Shown one piece after another: positions 29,042 through 38,896 of a stretch of DNA of 61,417 nt; the first letter of the stretch is position 1; each line of letters opens with the position of its first letter. The DNA comes from Bacteroidota bacterium (GTDB lineage Bacteria; Bacteroidota; Bacteroidia; Flavobacteriales; Schleiferiaceae), in the NCBI GenBank assembly GCA_003045825.1, contig PZPA01000001.1, forward strand, positions 1-61,417, in the 5' to 3' direction. The position numbers and the translations under genes are program-made. The notes beneath the pieces are model-generated. The model saw only the letters and a program-made list of their open reading frames with translations. It did no database searches and was not told the DNA's origin.

Positions 29042-30355
29042 CTAAACGTTTGATAAGGCCTCCTTGTAAGTGGCAAGACAACGTTCACGTGCCCACTTAT
29101 GCTCCACTATTGGCTTAGGGTACAGCTTGGTTTGCAATTCAGGTACCCATCTGTTGACATAAGTGAGGTCTTTATCAAATTTTTCCAACTGCGAAGTAGG
29201 ATTGAATACTCGGAAATAAGGTGCGGCATCTAGTCCACTACCACTCGCCCACTGCCATCCACCGATATTACTTGCTAAATCAAAGTCCAGTAGTTTAGAG
29301 GCGAAATAGGCCTCTCCCCACCTCCAATCAATCAACAAATGTTTAGTCAGGAAGCTGGCCACAATCATGCGAACACGGTTGTGCATAAATCCAGTCGCGT
29401 TAAGCTCACGCATTCCCGCATCAACAATAGGATAGCCGGTTTTTCCTTTACACCAAGCTGCAAAGTGCTCCTCGTTATTTGACCAAGGAATTAAATCATA
29501 TTTTGGTTTAATAGCTTTTGAACGGCTATCAGGGAAATAGTATAGCGCCATTTGAAAAAAGTCACGCCAAATCAACTCATTTAAAAAAGTTTCATTCGTT
29601 CTTTCACCCAATCGCGCAAGTTCCCGAATACTTATGGTGCCGAACCTAAGGTGAATGCCTAAACGAGTCGTACCCTTTTTCAATGCCGGAAAGTTTCGTG
29701 TGCTATCGTAGTTATTAATAATCTCTTTAGAAATAGCCGCGGATGGGATGGCAATGTTAGTTGGCTCAAACCCCATTTCTTGGAGTGAAATCAGTTCAGT
29801 GAATTCTTGAGACTTAAAAAAAGAATGAAAATAATCTATTGTTGGATGTGCCTTAAAATGATTTGCAGTGCATAGCTTCTTCCATGCTTTTGCATAAGGA
29901 CTGTAAACGAGGTAAGGCGTTCCGTCGGCTTTGACAACCTCGTTCTTTTCAAAGAGAACGTGGTCTTTGGCACCAATACATGGTACGTTCAGCGACTCGA
30001 AATAGTCGTATACCATTTTGTCCCGCTTCCTTGCATAAGGTTCGTAGTCGCGGTTGAAGTATAGACCGGTTACTTCGAAGCGGCTCATGAGCTCCCTCAT
30101 GCACTGTAATGGTTCATCGTAGAACACCAATAAATCGGAACCTAAGTCTTGTAACTGATTTTTTAACGCTTGTAAACGTTCGTGCAAGAAGGATACACGA
30201 GCATCTTTAGTATCCTCAAGTTTCGACAGGATTGTTGGGTCAAAAATGAAAATGGGCACAACGGGCGCCTCACTTTTCAGTGCCTTCAAAAGACCGGCGT
30301 TATCCTCTAATCTTAGATCGCGTCTGAACCAAAAAAGAGTAACCTTTTGAGCCAT
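29042..30355 (-). CDS. phrB: Deoxyribodipyrimidine photolyase (cryptochrome/photolyase family)
   Basis: WFRRDLRLEDN, ELIWRDF, GKTGYPIVDAGMREL, MHNRVRM, WRWGE and NIGGWQW. Confidence 0.92.
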   Translation of the reverse strand: MAQKVTLFWFRRDLRLEDNAGLLKALKSEAPVVPIFIFDPTILSKLEDTKDARVSFLHERLQALKNQLQDLGSDLLVFYDEPLQCMRELMSRFEVTGLYFNRDYEPYARKRDKMVYDYFESLNVPCIGAKDHVLFEKNEVVKADGTPYLVYSPYAKAWKKLCTANHFKAHPTIDYFHSFFKSQEFTELISLQEMGFEPTNIAIPSAAISKEIINNYDSTRNFPALKKGTTRLGIHLRFGTISIRELARLGERTNETFLNELIWRDFFQMALYYFPDSRSKAIKPKYDLIPWSNNEEHFAAWCKGKTGYPIVDAGMRELNATGFMHNRVRMIVASFLTKHLLIDWRWGEAYFASKLLDFDLASNIGGWQWASGSGLDAAPYFRVFNPTSQLEKFDKDLTYVNRWVPELQTKLYPKPIVEHKWARERCLATYKEALSNV

Positions 30356-31027
30356 TTATTGAACTGCGTTTAGGAAATACTGACGCTGTAATTCATCTTC
30401 AAACGCACCATGGAATGCCATAGTAATGGTTGAACTTCCGGCATCTTCTATTCCACGAGTCTTCACGCACATGTGATCCGCTTCTAAATAAACGGCCACG
30501 CTGGGGGTTCCTAAACCCTCCATTAATGCTTCTGCTATTTGACGCGTCAAACGTTCTTGAACTTGAGGCCGTTTAGCATAATGACGAACGATCCTATTCA
30601 GCTTGGACAAACCAACTACTTGACCGTTGGGAACGTAAGCGATGTGACAGGTACCTATAATAGGTACAAAGTGATGTTCACAATGTGAATGTACAGTGAT
30701 GTTCTTTTCGATAAGCATATCCCTATACTGGTACTTGTTATCGAAGAGCTTCATCTCCGGCTTATTTTTAGGATTAAGCCCTGCAAACGCCTCTGATACG
30801 TACATTTTAGCTACTCTAAGTGGCGTTCCTCGCAGACTATCATCATTTAGGTCTAAACCTAAAATTGTCATGATATCTTCAAACTTCGAGGCTATTTGTG
30901 TAATCTTCTCTTCATCACTCAAGTCAAAAGCATCAGATCTTAGTGGCGTATCAATAGCGCTACCCATATGATTGTCGAATAATTCGGCAAGCTCTTCAGT
31001 GGAATATTTTTGGTCGTGCTTTGTCAT
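30356..31027 (-). CDS. folE: GTP cyclohydrolase I
   Basis: TPLRVAKM, HCEHH, GLSKLNR, QVQERLT and HMCVKTRG. Start moved to ATG 31027. Confidence 0.95.
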   Translation of the reverse strand: MTKHDQKYSTEELAELFDNHMGSAIDTPLRSDAFDLSDEEKITQIASKFEDIMTILGLDLNDDSLRGTPLRVAKMYVSEAFAGLNPKNKPEMKLFDNKYQYRDMLIEKNITVHSHCEHHFVPIIGTCHIAYVPNGQVVGLSKLNRIVRHYAKRPQVQERLTRQIAEALMEGLGTPSVAVYLEADHMCVKTRGIEDAGSSTITMAFHGAFEDELQRQYFLNAVQ

Positions 31028-31034
31028 AATAATT

Positions 31035-31445
31035 TTATTCTCCGCAGTACTCAACAAAGTTCCTGGGGGTTTCATATAAGGTAACCTTCAAATCAAAGGA
31101 TGTGTTCAATTTTACGCGCAATCTGTTCCATATCACATACGCAATATGCTCTGCAGTAGGGTTGAGTGTCTTAAATTCTGCCACCTGTACATTTAGATTT
31201 TTGTGGTCCATATACTCTTCAACCTCAGATTTGATAAGGTCCGCAAGTACCTTCATATCAATTAGATAGCCAGTTTTCGGATCTACATCGCCTGTGACGC
31301 CAACTATTAATTCGTAGTTGTGGCCGTGGTAATAAGGATTGTTACACTTTCCAAAAATTGCCTCATTATCTTGATCTGTGAGGCTAGGTTCATGGAGTCT
31401 GTGCGCCGCATTAAAATGCGCTTTTCTATAAACCGTGATCTTCAT
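31035..31445 (-). CDS. 6-pyruvoyl tetrahydropterin synthase family protein (PTPS-II-type Cx5HGH motif)
   Basis: FNAAHRL, CNNPYYHGHNY, DHKNLN, PTAE and LYETP. Confidence 0.9.
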   Translation of the reverse strand: MKITVYRKAHFNAAHRLHEPSLTDQDNEAIFGKCNNPYYHGHNYELIVGVTGDVDPKTGYLIDMKVLADLIKSEVEEYMDHKNLNVQVAEFKTLNPTAEHIAYVIWNRLRVKLNTSFDLKVTLYETPRNFVEYCGE

Positions 31446-31956
31446 TATTCCAATAGTTTAAGAATCGATCATAAATGATTTTGAACCATTCAGTATACCG
31501 ATCAGGGTTGTTTTTCATATCTGTGGCCACCCACTCTACTGATTGCCAATCGAACGAATCAACTTCATCAGGATTTACATTAGGATCGTCATTCCAACGA
31601 GCGATAAGTACGTGATCTAATTCATGTTCTGTTAGATCGTTGTCAAGCTCGGCTTTGTAGATAAAACTAAAAATGCGCTTCACATCACAGGTAAAACCCA
31701 TCTCTTCCATGAGCCTTCTTTTTGCTGCTTCCTCAACATTTTCACCATCACGAGGATGAGAACAACAGGTGTTGGTCCATAAACCGCCACTGTGGTATTT
31801 GTGTAACGCTCTGCGCTGTAGTAAAATTTCATTCTTGTCGTTCATGGCGAAAACAGAGAATGCACGATGCAATTTCGCCAATCGGTGCGCTTCCATTTTC
31901 TCCATCAGTCCGATGGCATTGTCATGCTCATCAACCAGGATAACTTGTTCAGCCAT
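31426..31956 (-). CDS. idi: Isopentenyl-diphosphate delta-isomerase, type 1
   Basis: LHRAFSVF, WTNTCCSHP and EHELDH. Confidence 0.95.
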   Translation of the reverse strand: MAEQVILVDEHDNAIGLMEKMEAHRLAKLHRAFSVFAMNDKNEILLQRRALHKYHSGGLWTNTCCSHPRDGENVEEAAKRRLMEEMGFTCDVKRIFSFIYKAELDNDLTEHELDHVLIARWNDDPNVNPDEVDSFDWQSVEWVATDMKNNPDRYTEWFKIIYDRFLNYWNNEDHGL

Positions 31957-31959
31957 ATT

Positions 31960-32796
31960 TTAGATCCAATTAATGGTATGTCTTACGAAACTACTTAAGA
32001 ATAAACCGTATTTCCTTTTATTTGATATTCTAACACGTTGACTTAGAATGATATCGCAATGTGTTTTTTTAATTTTCTTAAATAAGCTGTAGTAGTATAC
32101 ATAGGCAATGTAGACTCCAAAGCGTGCGCCTTTCGGTAATTGCTTTATTCCTTCGTAACCTGCTCTGAAATCGATATCAATATCAGCTTCGATCTCTGTT
32201 TTTACAGTTTCGTCGAAATTATTTAAGTCTACCCCTGGGAAATAAGTTCGACCTAATTTCTTGTAATCGGCGTGCAAGTCCCGTAAGAAATTAATCTTTT
32301 GAAAGGCACTTCCTAGTTGCATAGCGGGCTTTTTCAATGTTTGATAGCGTTCCTCGCTCCCATCGACAAAAACCTTTAAACACATGAGTCCTACGACTTC
32401 AGCTGAACCTAAAATATATGCTTTGTACCCTTCTTCATCGTAATCATTCTTGTAAAGATCCATTTCCATGGACTTAAGAAAAGTCTCGATCAAATCTCGG
32501 TCTATTTCGAAAGTATTTACAGCCTGCTGGAAGCTGTTTAGGACAGGGTTTAGACTAATTTTTTCGTCTAAGGCTAAATACGTGTCTTTCCAAAACCGTT
32601 CAAGTAGTTCTTTCTGGGGATATCCTTCAAAGGAATCAACAATTTCATCTGCAAAGCGAACGAAACCGTAGATCGCGTAGATGGGATCGTGGTATTTTTT
32701 GTCAAGGCCCAAAATACCAAGTGAAAAAGAGGTAGAATATGCTTTAGTGATCATTCTACTTGCTCGGATACTTACGCTGTCGAATAATGCTTTCAT
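31960..32796 (-). CDS. crtB: Phytoene synthase
   Basis: [24 protein letters not shown] and QKINFLRD. Confidence 0.93.
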   Translation of the reverse strand: MKALFDSVSIRASRMITKAYSTSFSLGILGLDKKYHDPIYAIYGFVRFADEIVDSFEGYPQKELLERFWKDTYLALDEKISLNPVLNSFQQAVNTFEIDRDLIETFLKSMEMDLYKNDYDEEGYKAYILGSAEVVGLMCLKVFVDGSEERYQTLKKPAMQLGSAFQKINFLRDLHADYKKLGRTYFPGVDLNNFDETVKTEIEADIDIDFRAGYEGIKQLPKGARFGVYIAYVYYYSLFKKIKKTHCDIILSQRVRISNKRKYGLFLSSFVRHTINWI

Positions 32797-34280
32797 ACTA
32801 CTTTCTTTAAAGAATAATCCTTCACAATCTCACCACAGACCACTTCTCCACTAATGAGCGAAGGTGGTACACCGGGCCCCGGCGTGGTTAATTGGCCTGC
32901 GAAATAAAGATTCGCTACTTTTTTACTTTTAAGTCTTGGTTTAAAGATAGCAGTTTGGTCTAATGTATTGGCTAAGCCGTAAGCGTTGCCCTTGAAACTG
33001 TTGTATTCGCTTTTGAAATCGCTGTAGGCAAAACTGCGCTTAACTATCACTCGGTCTCGAATCGATTCTCCAGTGTAGGACTCAAGCCGGTCCATCATGA
33101 GGTGGTAATATTTTTCTCTAACTTCTTCACTGTCTCCTGATAAACCGGGTGCAGTAGGCATTAACAGGAACATATTTTCGCATCCTTCAGGAGCGATTGA
33201 CTCATCAGTTTTAGTCGGTGCGCTGGCGTAAAACAAGGGTTTCGTTGGCCACGTAGGGTCCGTGTAAATCTCATGAGCATGCTGATCTAATTCGTAGTCA
33301 AAGAATAAGTTATGATGTAAAACATTATTTACTTTACCTTTTACACCAAGATAGAATAGCAACGAAGACGGGGCCATCTTACGTTTTTCCCAATATTCAG
33401 GACTGTATTCTCTGTATTCAGGACTACTTATTTTTTGATCGATATGGTGGTAATCAGCTCCTCCTACTACTATATCTGCGGTAAAGCTTCCGCCTTTGGT
33501 GAGCACACTGATAATCTTTCCATTAGAATATTTAAATCCGGTTACTTCAGTACTGGTTCTAAACTTCACACCTTGCTCCTTCGCAACGCTGACCATACCT
33601 TCAATGATCTTGTTCATGCCACCCATAGGGTACCAAGTCCCAAGCGACATGTCTGCGTAATTCATGAGACTATAAAGTGCTGGGGTGTTTTGAGGTAAGG
33701 CACCTAAGAAGAGAACGGGAAATTCCAGTATTGCCTTTAGTTTAGGATGTGAACTAACCTCGGCGACATGCTTTCGAATATCTTTAAGCATATCCAGTTG
33801 AAATAAGCCCTTGAAAATTCTAAAGTCCATGAATTCTGTAAGGGAACGACCTGGTTTGAAAACAAGGTCTTGAATACCCACATTATACTTGTATTCGGCT
33901 TGTTTCAAAAATTTACGTAACCGCAGGCCTGAACCAGGGTCGAGTCGATCAAACATCGCTTCGAGTTCCAACATGTTTGGACTCTGATCTTCATGTTCAT
34001 TAGGACCGAAAACTACTCTGTAAGATGGATTTAAACGGACCAGGTTGTAATGATCTGATACCTCTTTATCGAATGAAGCGAAGTACCGTTCGAAAACATC
34101 TGGCATCCAATACCAGCTTGGTCCCATATCGAAAGAAAAGCCATCCTTTTCCCAGGTACGTGCTCTACCCCCAAGTTGATCATTTTTTTCAAGAACCGTT
34201 ACATCGTATCCCTCTTTGGCGAGAAAGGACGCGGCACTGAGTCCGGCGAAGCCAGACCCTATGACTATTACTGATTTCAT
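32793..34280 (-). CDS. crtI: Phytoene desaturase
   Basis: GSGFAGL, FDMGPSW and [12 protein letters not shown]. Adjacent to crtB. Confidence 0.9.
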   Translation of the reverse strand: MKSVIVIGSGFAGLSAASFLAKEGYDVTVLEKNDQLGGRARTWEKDGFSFDMGPSWYWMPDVFERYFASFDKEVSDHYNLVRLNPSYRVVFGPNEHEDQSPNMLELEAMFDRLDPGSGLRLRKFLKQAEYKYNVGIQDLVFKPGRSLTEFMDFRIFKGLFQLDMLKDIRKHVAEVSSHPKLKAILEFPVLFLGALPQNTPALYSLMNYADMSLGTWYPMGGMNKIIEGMVSVAKEQGVKFRTSTEVTGFKYSNGKIISVLTKGGSFTADIVVGGADYHHIDQKISSPEYREYSPEYWEKRKMAPSSLLFYLGVKGKVNNVLHHNLFFDYELDQHAHEIYTDPTWPTKPLFYASAPTKTDESIAPEGCENMFLLMPTAPGLSGDSEEVREKYYHLMMDRLESYTGESIRDRVIVKRSFAYSDFKSEYNSFKGNAYGLANTLDQTAIFKPRLKSKKVANLYFAGQLTTPGPGVPPSLISGEVVCGEIVKDYSLKKVV

Positions 34281-34304
34281 TAGAACGTTTTAGGCGGTTA
34301 TAGG

Positions 34305-34811
34305 CTAATGACGCTGGTCGGCAAGCTTTTCCATCATCTTTTTGCGTGCTAGAAAGATACGGGATTTCACTGTTCCTAATGGAATATTAAAATGTTCTGC
34401 AATCTCCTCGTATTTATATCCTTCATAATGCATGAAGAACGCCTCAGTGTAATGCTTCTCGATGGAACCGATTTGCTCCATGATGTACTGGTTATCGACG
34501 TTAGCGTCTGTTAGCGTAGTCTTTCCGGCCTCTTTTGAATTTAAAAAGTACTGACCTTCGGTTTCATCCACAAACGTATTTTGTTGCTTTTTGCGGCGGT
34601 AGTTGTTAATGAAAGTATTCTTCATTATTGTGTACAACCAACCTTTAAGGTTCGTCCCTGTGGCAAATTTGTCTTTATTCTTCAGTGCTTTGTAATAAGT
34701 GTCCTGAAGAAGATCATCAGCATCATCGCGACGCTTGGTAAGCTTCATAGCTAGCTGACTTAAAAAATCGTGCTCTCTATCGATAAGTTGTCCAAATTCA
34801 GCAGTTGACAT
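34305..34811 (-). CDS. ECF RNA polymerase sigma factor
   Basis: DLLQDT, WLYTIMKN and YEEIA...GTVKSRIF.AR. Start moved to ATG 34811. Confidence 0.92.
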   Translation of the reverse strand: MSTAEFGQLIDREHDFLSQLAMKLTKRRDDADDLLQDTYYKALKNKDKFATGTNLKGWLYTIMKNTFINNYRRKKQQNTFVDETEGQYFLNSKEAGKTTLTDANVDNQYIMEQIGSIEKHYTEAFFMHYEGYKYEEIAEHFNIPLGTVKSRIFLARKKMMEKLADQRH

Positions 34812-34818
34812 GATACAG

Positions 34819-34896
34819 TTGTTTAACGTTTGTTTGGTAAAGTTAAACAATGTGTTCCAACAATTTGTATAATCTTTTTAGAAATTTATTAAACAA
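34819..34896. promoter_or_regulatory. Two copies of TTGT(T/A)TAA-N16-TTAAACAA palindrome (candidate MerR/CarH operators)
   Basis: Copies at 34819-34850 and 34865-34896 have identical spacing. A further TTGTTTAA half-site lies at 35821. Confidence 0.65.
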
Positions 34897-34906
34897 AGTG
34901 GATTTT

Positions 34907-35794
34907 CTAGGAAAGTCCTTCGCTTAATTGCTTTAAAGTGCCGTAAATGTTGATGTTGCGGAATTCCTTCTCCGGCTCGAAATCTGTAAATACATACCCA
35001 GTAAGGTGCACTTGGATGCCTTTATGAACAATAAGCTCCTCTAATTCGTCCAAATAATTTCCTAATTCAGGCAGTTCTGGATGGGTGGTAAAACAACTGA
35101 TAAGATGATCTATTGGTTGATTATCGAGCAGATCTGTGAGATATTCTTTTGGTAAACTTTGACCGAGGTAAAATACTTGTTCGCCTCGTTCTTTTAGAAG
35201 GTACGCCAGATACAATACACCTATTTCATGAAGTTCATTTGCAGGAAGGAAGATGGCATACTTTCCACTCTTGTCATTCACTTTAGCTGGAAGCGCATCA
35301 ATAGCAGCATAAATTTTCTGCCGGATCAAGGACGATACGAAGTGTTCTTGAGATATACCGACGCTACCAGATAGCCACAATTTGCCTAATTCTTGGATGT
35401 AATCGCCAATGACTTCTCTATACGTATTATGAACACCGTATCGCTCAATACAATGATCCATTACAGCTTCGAATCGTTTTATGTCAAACGCTAAGGTCGC
35501 GAGCTTTAACTCATTTAATTCATATGTGAAATTGCCTTCATAAGGACTCGCATCAAGCGCAAGAAGGGCTAGCTCATCGGGAGAATGCTTTGATATTTTT
35601 CCAATCTTCCATCCGGCACCAAGCAGTACAGACGTATTGAGTATGACACGCAATTCATGATCACCGTAGTACCGAATGTTTGTCACCGTGCGCATGGGCA
35701 CAATAAGTTTGTATCTCTGCTCCCACGCACGTATGGTATGGGCCTTAATACCGCTTAATTGCTCAAGATCTTTTATTGAATATTTACTCTCCAC
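34907..35794 (-). CDS. MerR family B12-binding regulator (CarH/LitR-like)
   Basis: MerR HTH (YSIKDLE...TIRAWEQRY), W-x9-EH (WLSGSVGISQEH), ExHxxG (ELHEIG) and YLG. Lies upstream of the crt genes. Confidence 0.88.
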   Translation of the reverse strand: MESKYSIKDLEQLSGIKAHTIRAWEQRYKLIVPMRTVTNIRYYGDHELRVILNTSVLLGAGWKIGKISKHSPDELALLALDASPYEGNFTYELNELKLATLAFDIKRFEAVMDHCIERYGVHNTYREVIGDYIQELGKLWLSGSVGISQEHFVSSLIRQKIYAAIDALPAKVNDKSGKYAIFLPANELHEIGVLYLAYLLKERGEQVFYLGQSLPKEYLTDLLDNQPIDHLISCFTTHPELPELGNYLDELEELIVHKGIQVHLTGYVFTDFEPEKEFRNINIYGTLKQLSEGLS

Positions 35795-35881
35795 AAATTG
35801 CTAACCTAGAAAAGAACATATTGTTTAAGAAAACCGTGCGAGTATAATAAATAAGCGCTAAATCCTCGAAGAAACCTTTGG

Positions 35882-35889
35882 TATATTTG
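35882..35889 (+). promoter_or_regulatory. -7 promoter element for prfC (TATATTTG)
   Basis: Exact TAnnTTTG match ending 18 bp before ATG 35908. Confidence 0.6.
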
Positions 35890-35907
35890 CATTTCAAAAT
35901 TTTATAC

Positions 35908-37488
35908 ATGGCCTTCGAGAAAGAAATTAGAAAGCGCAGAACCTTTGGTATCATCTCTCACCCGGATGCTGGAAAGACTACGCTCACAGAAAAGTTACTG
36001 CTTTTCGGAGGTGCAATCCAAGAAGCTGGCGCGGTGAAGAGTAACAAGGTGAAGAAGGCGGCCACTTCTGATTTCATGGAGATTGAAAAACAACGTGGTA
36101 TATCCGTAGCCACTTCTGTTATGGGCTTTTATTACAAGGATAAAAAGATCAATATCCTCGATACACCGGGTCACCAAGATTTCGCAGAAGATACCTACCG
36201 AACTTTAACAGCTTGTGATAGCGTTATAGTGGTTATTGATGTAGCCAAAGGTGTAGAGGCACAGACTGAGAAATTGGTCCAAGTCTGTCGCATGCGGGAT
36301 ACGCCCATTATCGTATTCATCAATAAACTCGATCGTGAAGGAAAAGATGGTTTTGACCTGATTGACGAAGTAGAGCAAAAATTAGGGTTGACTTTATGCC
36401 CCCTTTCTTGGCCCGTTGGAATGGGCCAACGATTTCAAGGCGTCTACAACATGTGGGAGAAAAACCTTCATTTGTACTCTAGTGATAACAAGCAGAAAAT
36501 ATCAGAAGGCACATCTATAGAGGACCTAAATGATGCTATGTTGGAAGAACGTGTGGGTCAAGAAGCTGCCGAAGAGCTCAGAAATGATGTAGAGTTATTG
36601 GACGCAGTGTATCCTAAATTCGATCGTTCAGCCTATTTGAAAGGCGCTCAATGTCCGGTTTTCTTTGGTTCTGCCTTGAACAACTTTGGTGTACGAGAGC
36701 TGTTGGACTGTTTTCAAGAAATTGCTCCTGAGCCGCAGGCAAAGGAGGCAGAAGAACGTTTGGTTCAACCCAATGAAGAACAATTTTCTGGTTTTGTATT
36801 CAAAATTCATGCGAATATCGACCCGAACCACAGAAATAGAATTGCCTTTTTGAAGGTCGTTAGTGGCAAATTCGAACGCAACAAGACTTACATCCATTCA
36901 AGGACGGGCAAGACGTTTAGAGTAAGTGCCCCAACGGCATTTATGGCCTCTAAGAAAAGTACCATTGAGGAAGCCTATCCTGGCGATATTATAGGTATAC
37001 CGGATAACGGTTCCTTTAGAATTGGTGATACCGTTTCTGAAAAGGAGTCCTTACACTACATGGGAATTCCGTCTTTCTCACCTGAGCACTTTAGATTCAT
37101 TAATAATGCGGATCCGCTTAAAGCGAAGCAGCTCAACAAAGGTGTGGACCAATTAATGGATGAAGGCGTTGCACAGCTCTTCACGTTGAAGCAAAACAAC
37201 CGCAAGATTATCGGAACCGTAGGGGCCTTACAATATGAAGTTATCCAGTACCGATTGGAACACGAATACAACGCTAAATGTACCTATGAAAATTTCCCAG
37301 CCTTCAAGGCATGTTGGATAGAGAGCCACGATGAGGAACAGTTAAAGGCATTCAGCACACTGAAGCAACGCTATCTAGCTGAAGATAAATTTGGTCGTTT
37401 GGTATTTTTAGCTGATTCACAATTCTCGCTCCAAATGGCGCAGGATAAATTTGATAAGATCACCTTCCATTTAAAGAGTGAATTCTAA
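35908..37488 (+). CDS. prfC: Peptide chain release factor 3
   Basis: RRTFGIISHPDAGKTT, DTPGHQDF, NKLDR and FKIHAN.DP.HR. Start moved to ATG 35908. Confidence 0.96.
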   Translation: MAFEKEIRKRRTFGIISHPDAGKTTLTEKLLLFGGAIQEAGAVKSNKVKKAATSDFMEIEKQRGISVATSVMGFYYKDKKINILDTPGHQDFAEDTYRTLTACDSVIVVIDVAKGVEAQTEKLVQVCRMRDTPIIVFINKLDREGKDGFDLIDEVEQKLGLTLCPLSWPVGMGQRFQGVYNMWEKNLHLYSSDNKQKISEGTSIEDLNDAMLEERVGQEAAEELRNDVELLDAVYPKFDRSAYLKGAQCPVFFGSALNNFGVRELLDCFQEIAPEPQAKEAEERLVQPNEEQFSGFVFKIHANIDPNHRNRIAFLKVVSGKFERNKTYIHSRTGKTFRVSAPTAFMASKKSTIEEAYPGDIIGIPDNGSFRIGDTVSEKESLHYMGIPSFSPEHFRFINNADPLKAKQLNKGVDQLMDEGVAQLFTLKQNNRKIIGTVGALQYEVIQYRLEHEYNAKCTYENFPAFKACWIESHDEEQLKAFSTLKQRYLAEDKFGRLVFLADSQFSLQMAQDKFDKITFHLKSEF

Positions 37489-38861
37489 TGAGTCATATCA
37501 TTAATTATAGGCTCAATCAATTTTCTTGGGCCGTAGCAGCAGTTCTTCTTTTGCCGCTGCTTTTTACGCAGGGAATGTTTTTTGATGGATTAACATTTTC
37601 GACGATAGCACGAAATCTCAATGAGGGAATTGGCCAATTTTGGTCGCCTCAATACACACCTTTTGTTCATCCTGAGTACTACGAACACCCGCCGTTCTCT
37701 TTTGCGATACATTCTGTTTATTATCGCTTATTTGGTGATCAACCTTGGGTAGATCGTTTCTACGCTTACACGTTGTACGGCCTTAGTATTTTAATGATTC
37801 GTCGGATTTGGGCCCTACTCATACCTTCTGGACATAGAGGTTGGATTCCGCAGCTACTCTGGACCCTCACCCCTACCGTATTGTGGGTACATCAAAACAA
37901 CATATTGGAAGCGCCTTTAAATGCAGCCACGCTTGCCGTAGTATGGTTACTTATTGAAGGAACTTGGAAAAAAAATTATTTATGGAGTGCTCTAGCGGGT
38001 ATATTATTCTTTATCGCCTTAGGAATCAAAGGGCCAGTAGCACTGTTTCCACTAATAGTTTTGCCTTTAGTTGCCGTATTATATAAGGAATACCGGACGA
38101 ATGCATTGATTTCAGCGATAATCATGATTCTAAGTTGTAGCCTTCTTTTCACGTATTTCTACACGTATGTACCAGATTTTGCTAAATTTTTTGAAGGCTA
38201 CCTAAACCAGCAATTACTTCCATCCTTGCGCGGATTAAGAGGTGCAGAGAGTTCAGTGCTGTTGAGTTTGCTAGAATTGGCTAAGCAGCTTTCGCTTCCT
38301 ACAATAGTGCTGGTTATTCTCGCTTGGCGGCGTGGTGGCAAATATCCATTGCGTCGTGAAAGCATTTTAATGTTCACAGTAGCCATCTGTGCTACAGTGC
38401 CATTTTTATTCTTGCACCGTCAAGAGCATTACTACTTTATGCCCTCTATGGCCTATTGGATGTTAGCTTTTGGAATGCTTTACGAACAAGCGCCTTGGCC
38501 TTGGGGCATTAATCGCAAGCAGTGGGTAAAGTATATTTCATTAACCAACTTAACGCTTTGGCTAGCGGCCATTGTCCTCACGTTATACTTTAGTAAGTCA
38601 CCATCACGCGATAAACATACCATTAAAGCGTACCACAGTATGGCAAGCGACTTCAAACTGCAGGTAGTTCAAGTAAGGGATTTGAATGACTTTTGGAAGG
38701 ATAACGCCATAGCCTCTAGGTACAATAAACTCTACTTAACTGATAGAGCGCAGCCGTATTTTCTTATACGATTAGGAGGTCCCGCTCCCGAGGGTTTTGA
38801 AGTTGAAGCTACGTTCGAAAAAGCCAAGCTTGTATTATACAAAAAAGCCACCCCATATTAG
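37488..38861 (+). CDS. ArnT/PMT family (GT-C) membrane glycosyltransferase
   Basis: FDG...ARN, EHPP and KGP motifs with many TM helices. Confidence 0.8.
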   Translation: MSHIINYRLNQFSWAVAAVLLLPLLFTQGMFFDGLTFSTIARNLNEGIGQFWSPQYTPFVHPEYYEHPPFSFAIHSVYYRLFGDQPWVDRFYAYTLYGLSILMIRRIWALLIPSGHRGWIPQLLWTLTPTVLWVHQNNILEAPLNAATLAVVWLLIEGTWKKNYLWSALAGILFFIALGIKGPVALFPLIVLPLVAVLYKEYRTNALISAIIMILSCSLLFTYFYTYVPDFAKFFEGYLNQQLLPSLRGLRGAESSVLLSLLELAKQLSLPTIVLVILAWRRGGKYPLRRESILMFTVAICATVPFLFLHRQEHYYFMPSMAYWMLAFGMLYEQAPWPWGINRKQWVKYISLTNLTLWLAAIVLTLYFSKSPSRDKHTIKAYHSMASDFKLQVVQVRDLNDFWKDNAIASRYNKLYLTDRAQPYFLIRLGGPAPEGFEVEATFEKAKLVLYKKATPY

Positions 38862-38872
38862 GAGTGGCTTTT
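38841..38872. terminator. Bidirectional intrinsic terminator
   Basis: AAAAAAGCCACCCC-atatta-GGAGTGGCTTTT between convergent genes. Confidence 0.75.
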
Positions 38873-38896
38873 ACTATTGTTAAAAGTTTTTTATTG

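Noticed and set aside
30307..30316. CTAA-tc-TTAG at the start of the photolyase gene as an SOS box
   Set aside because: The spacer is 2 rather than 5, and it lies inside the CDS.
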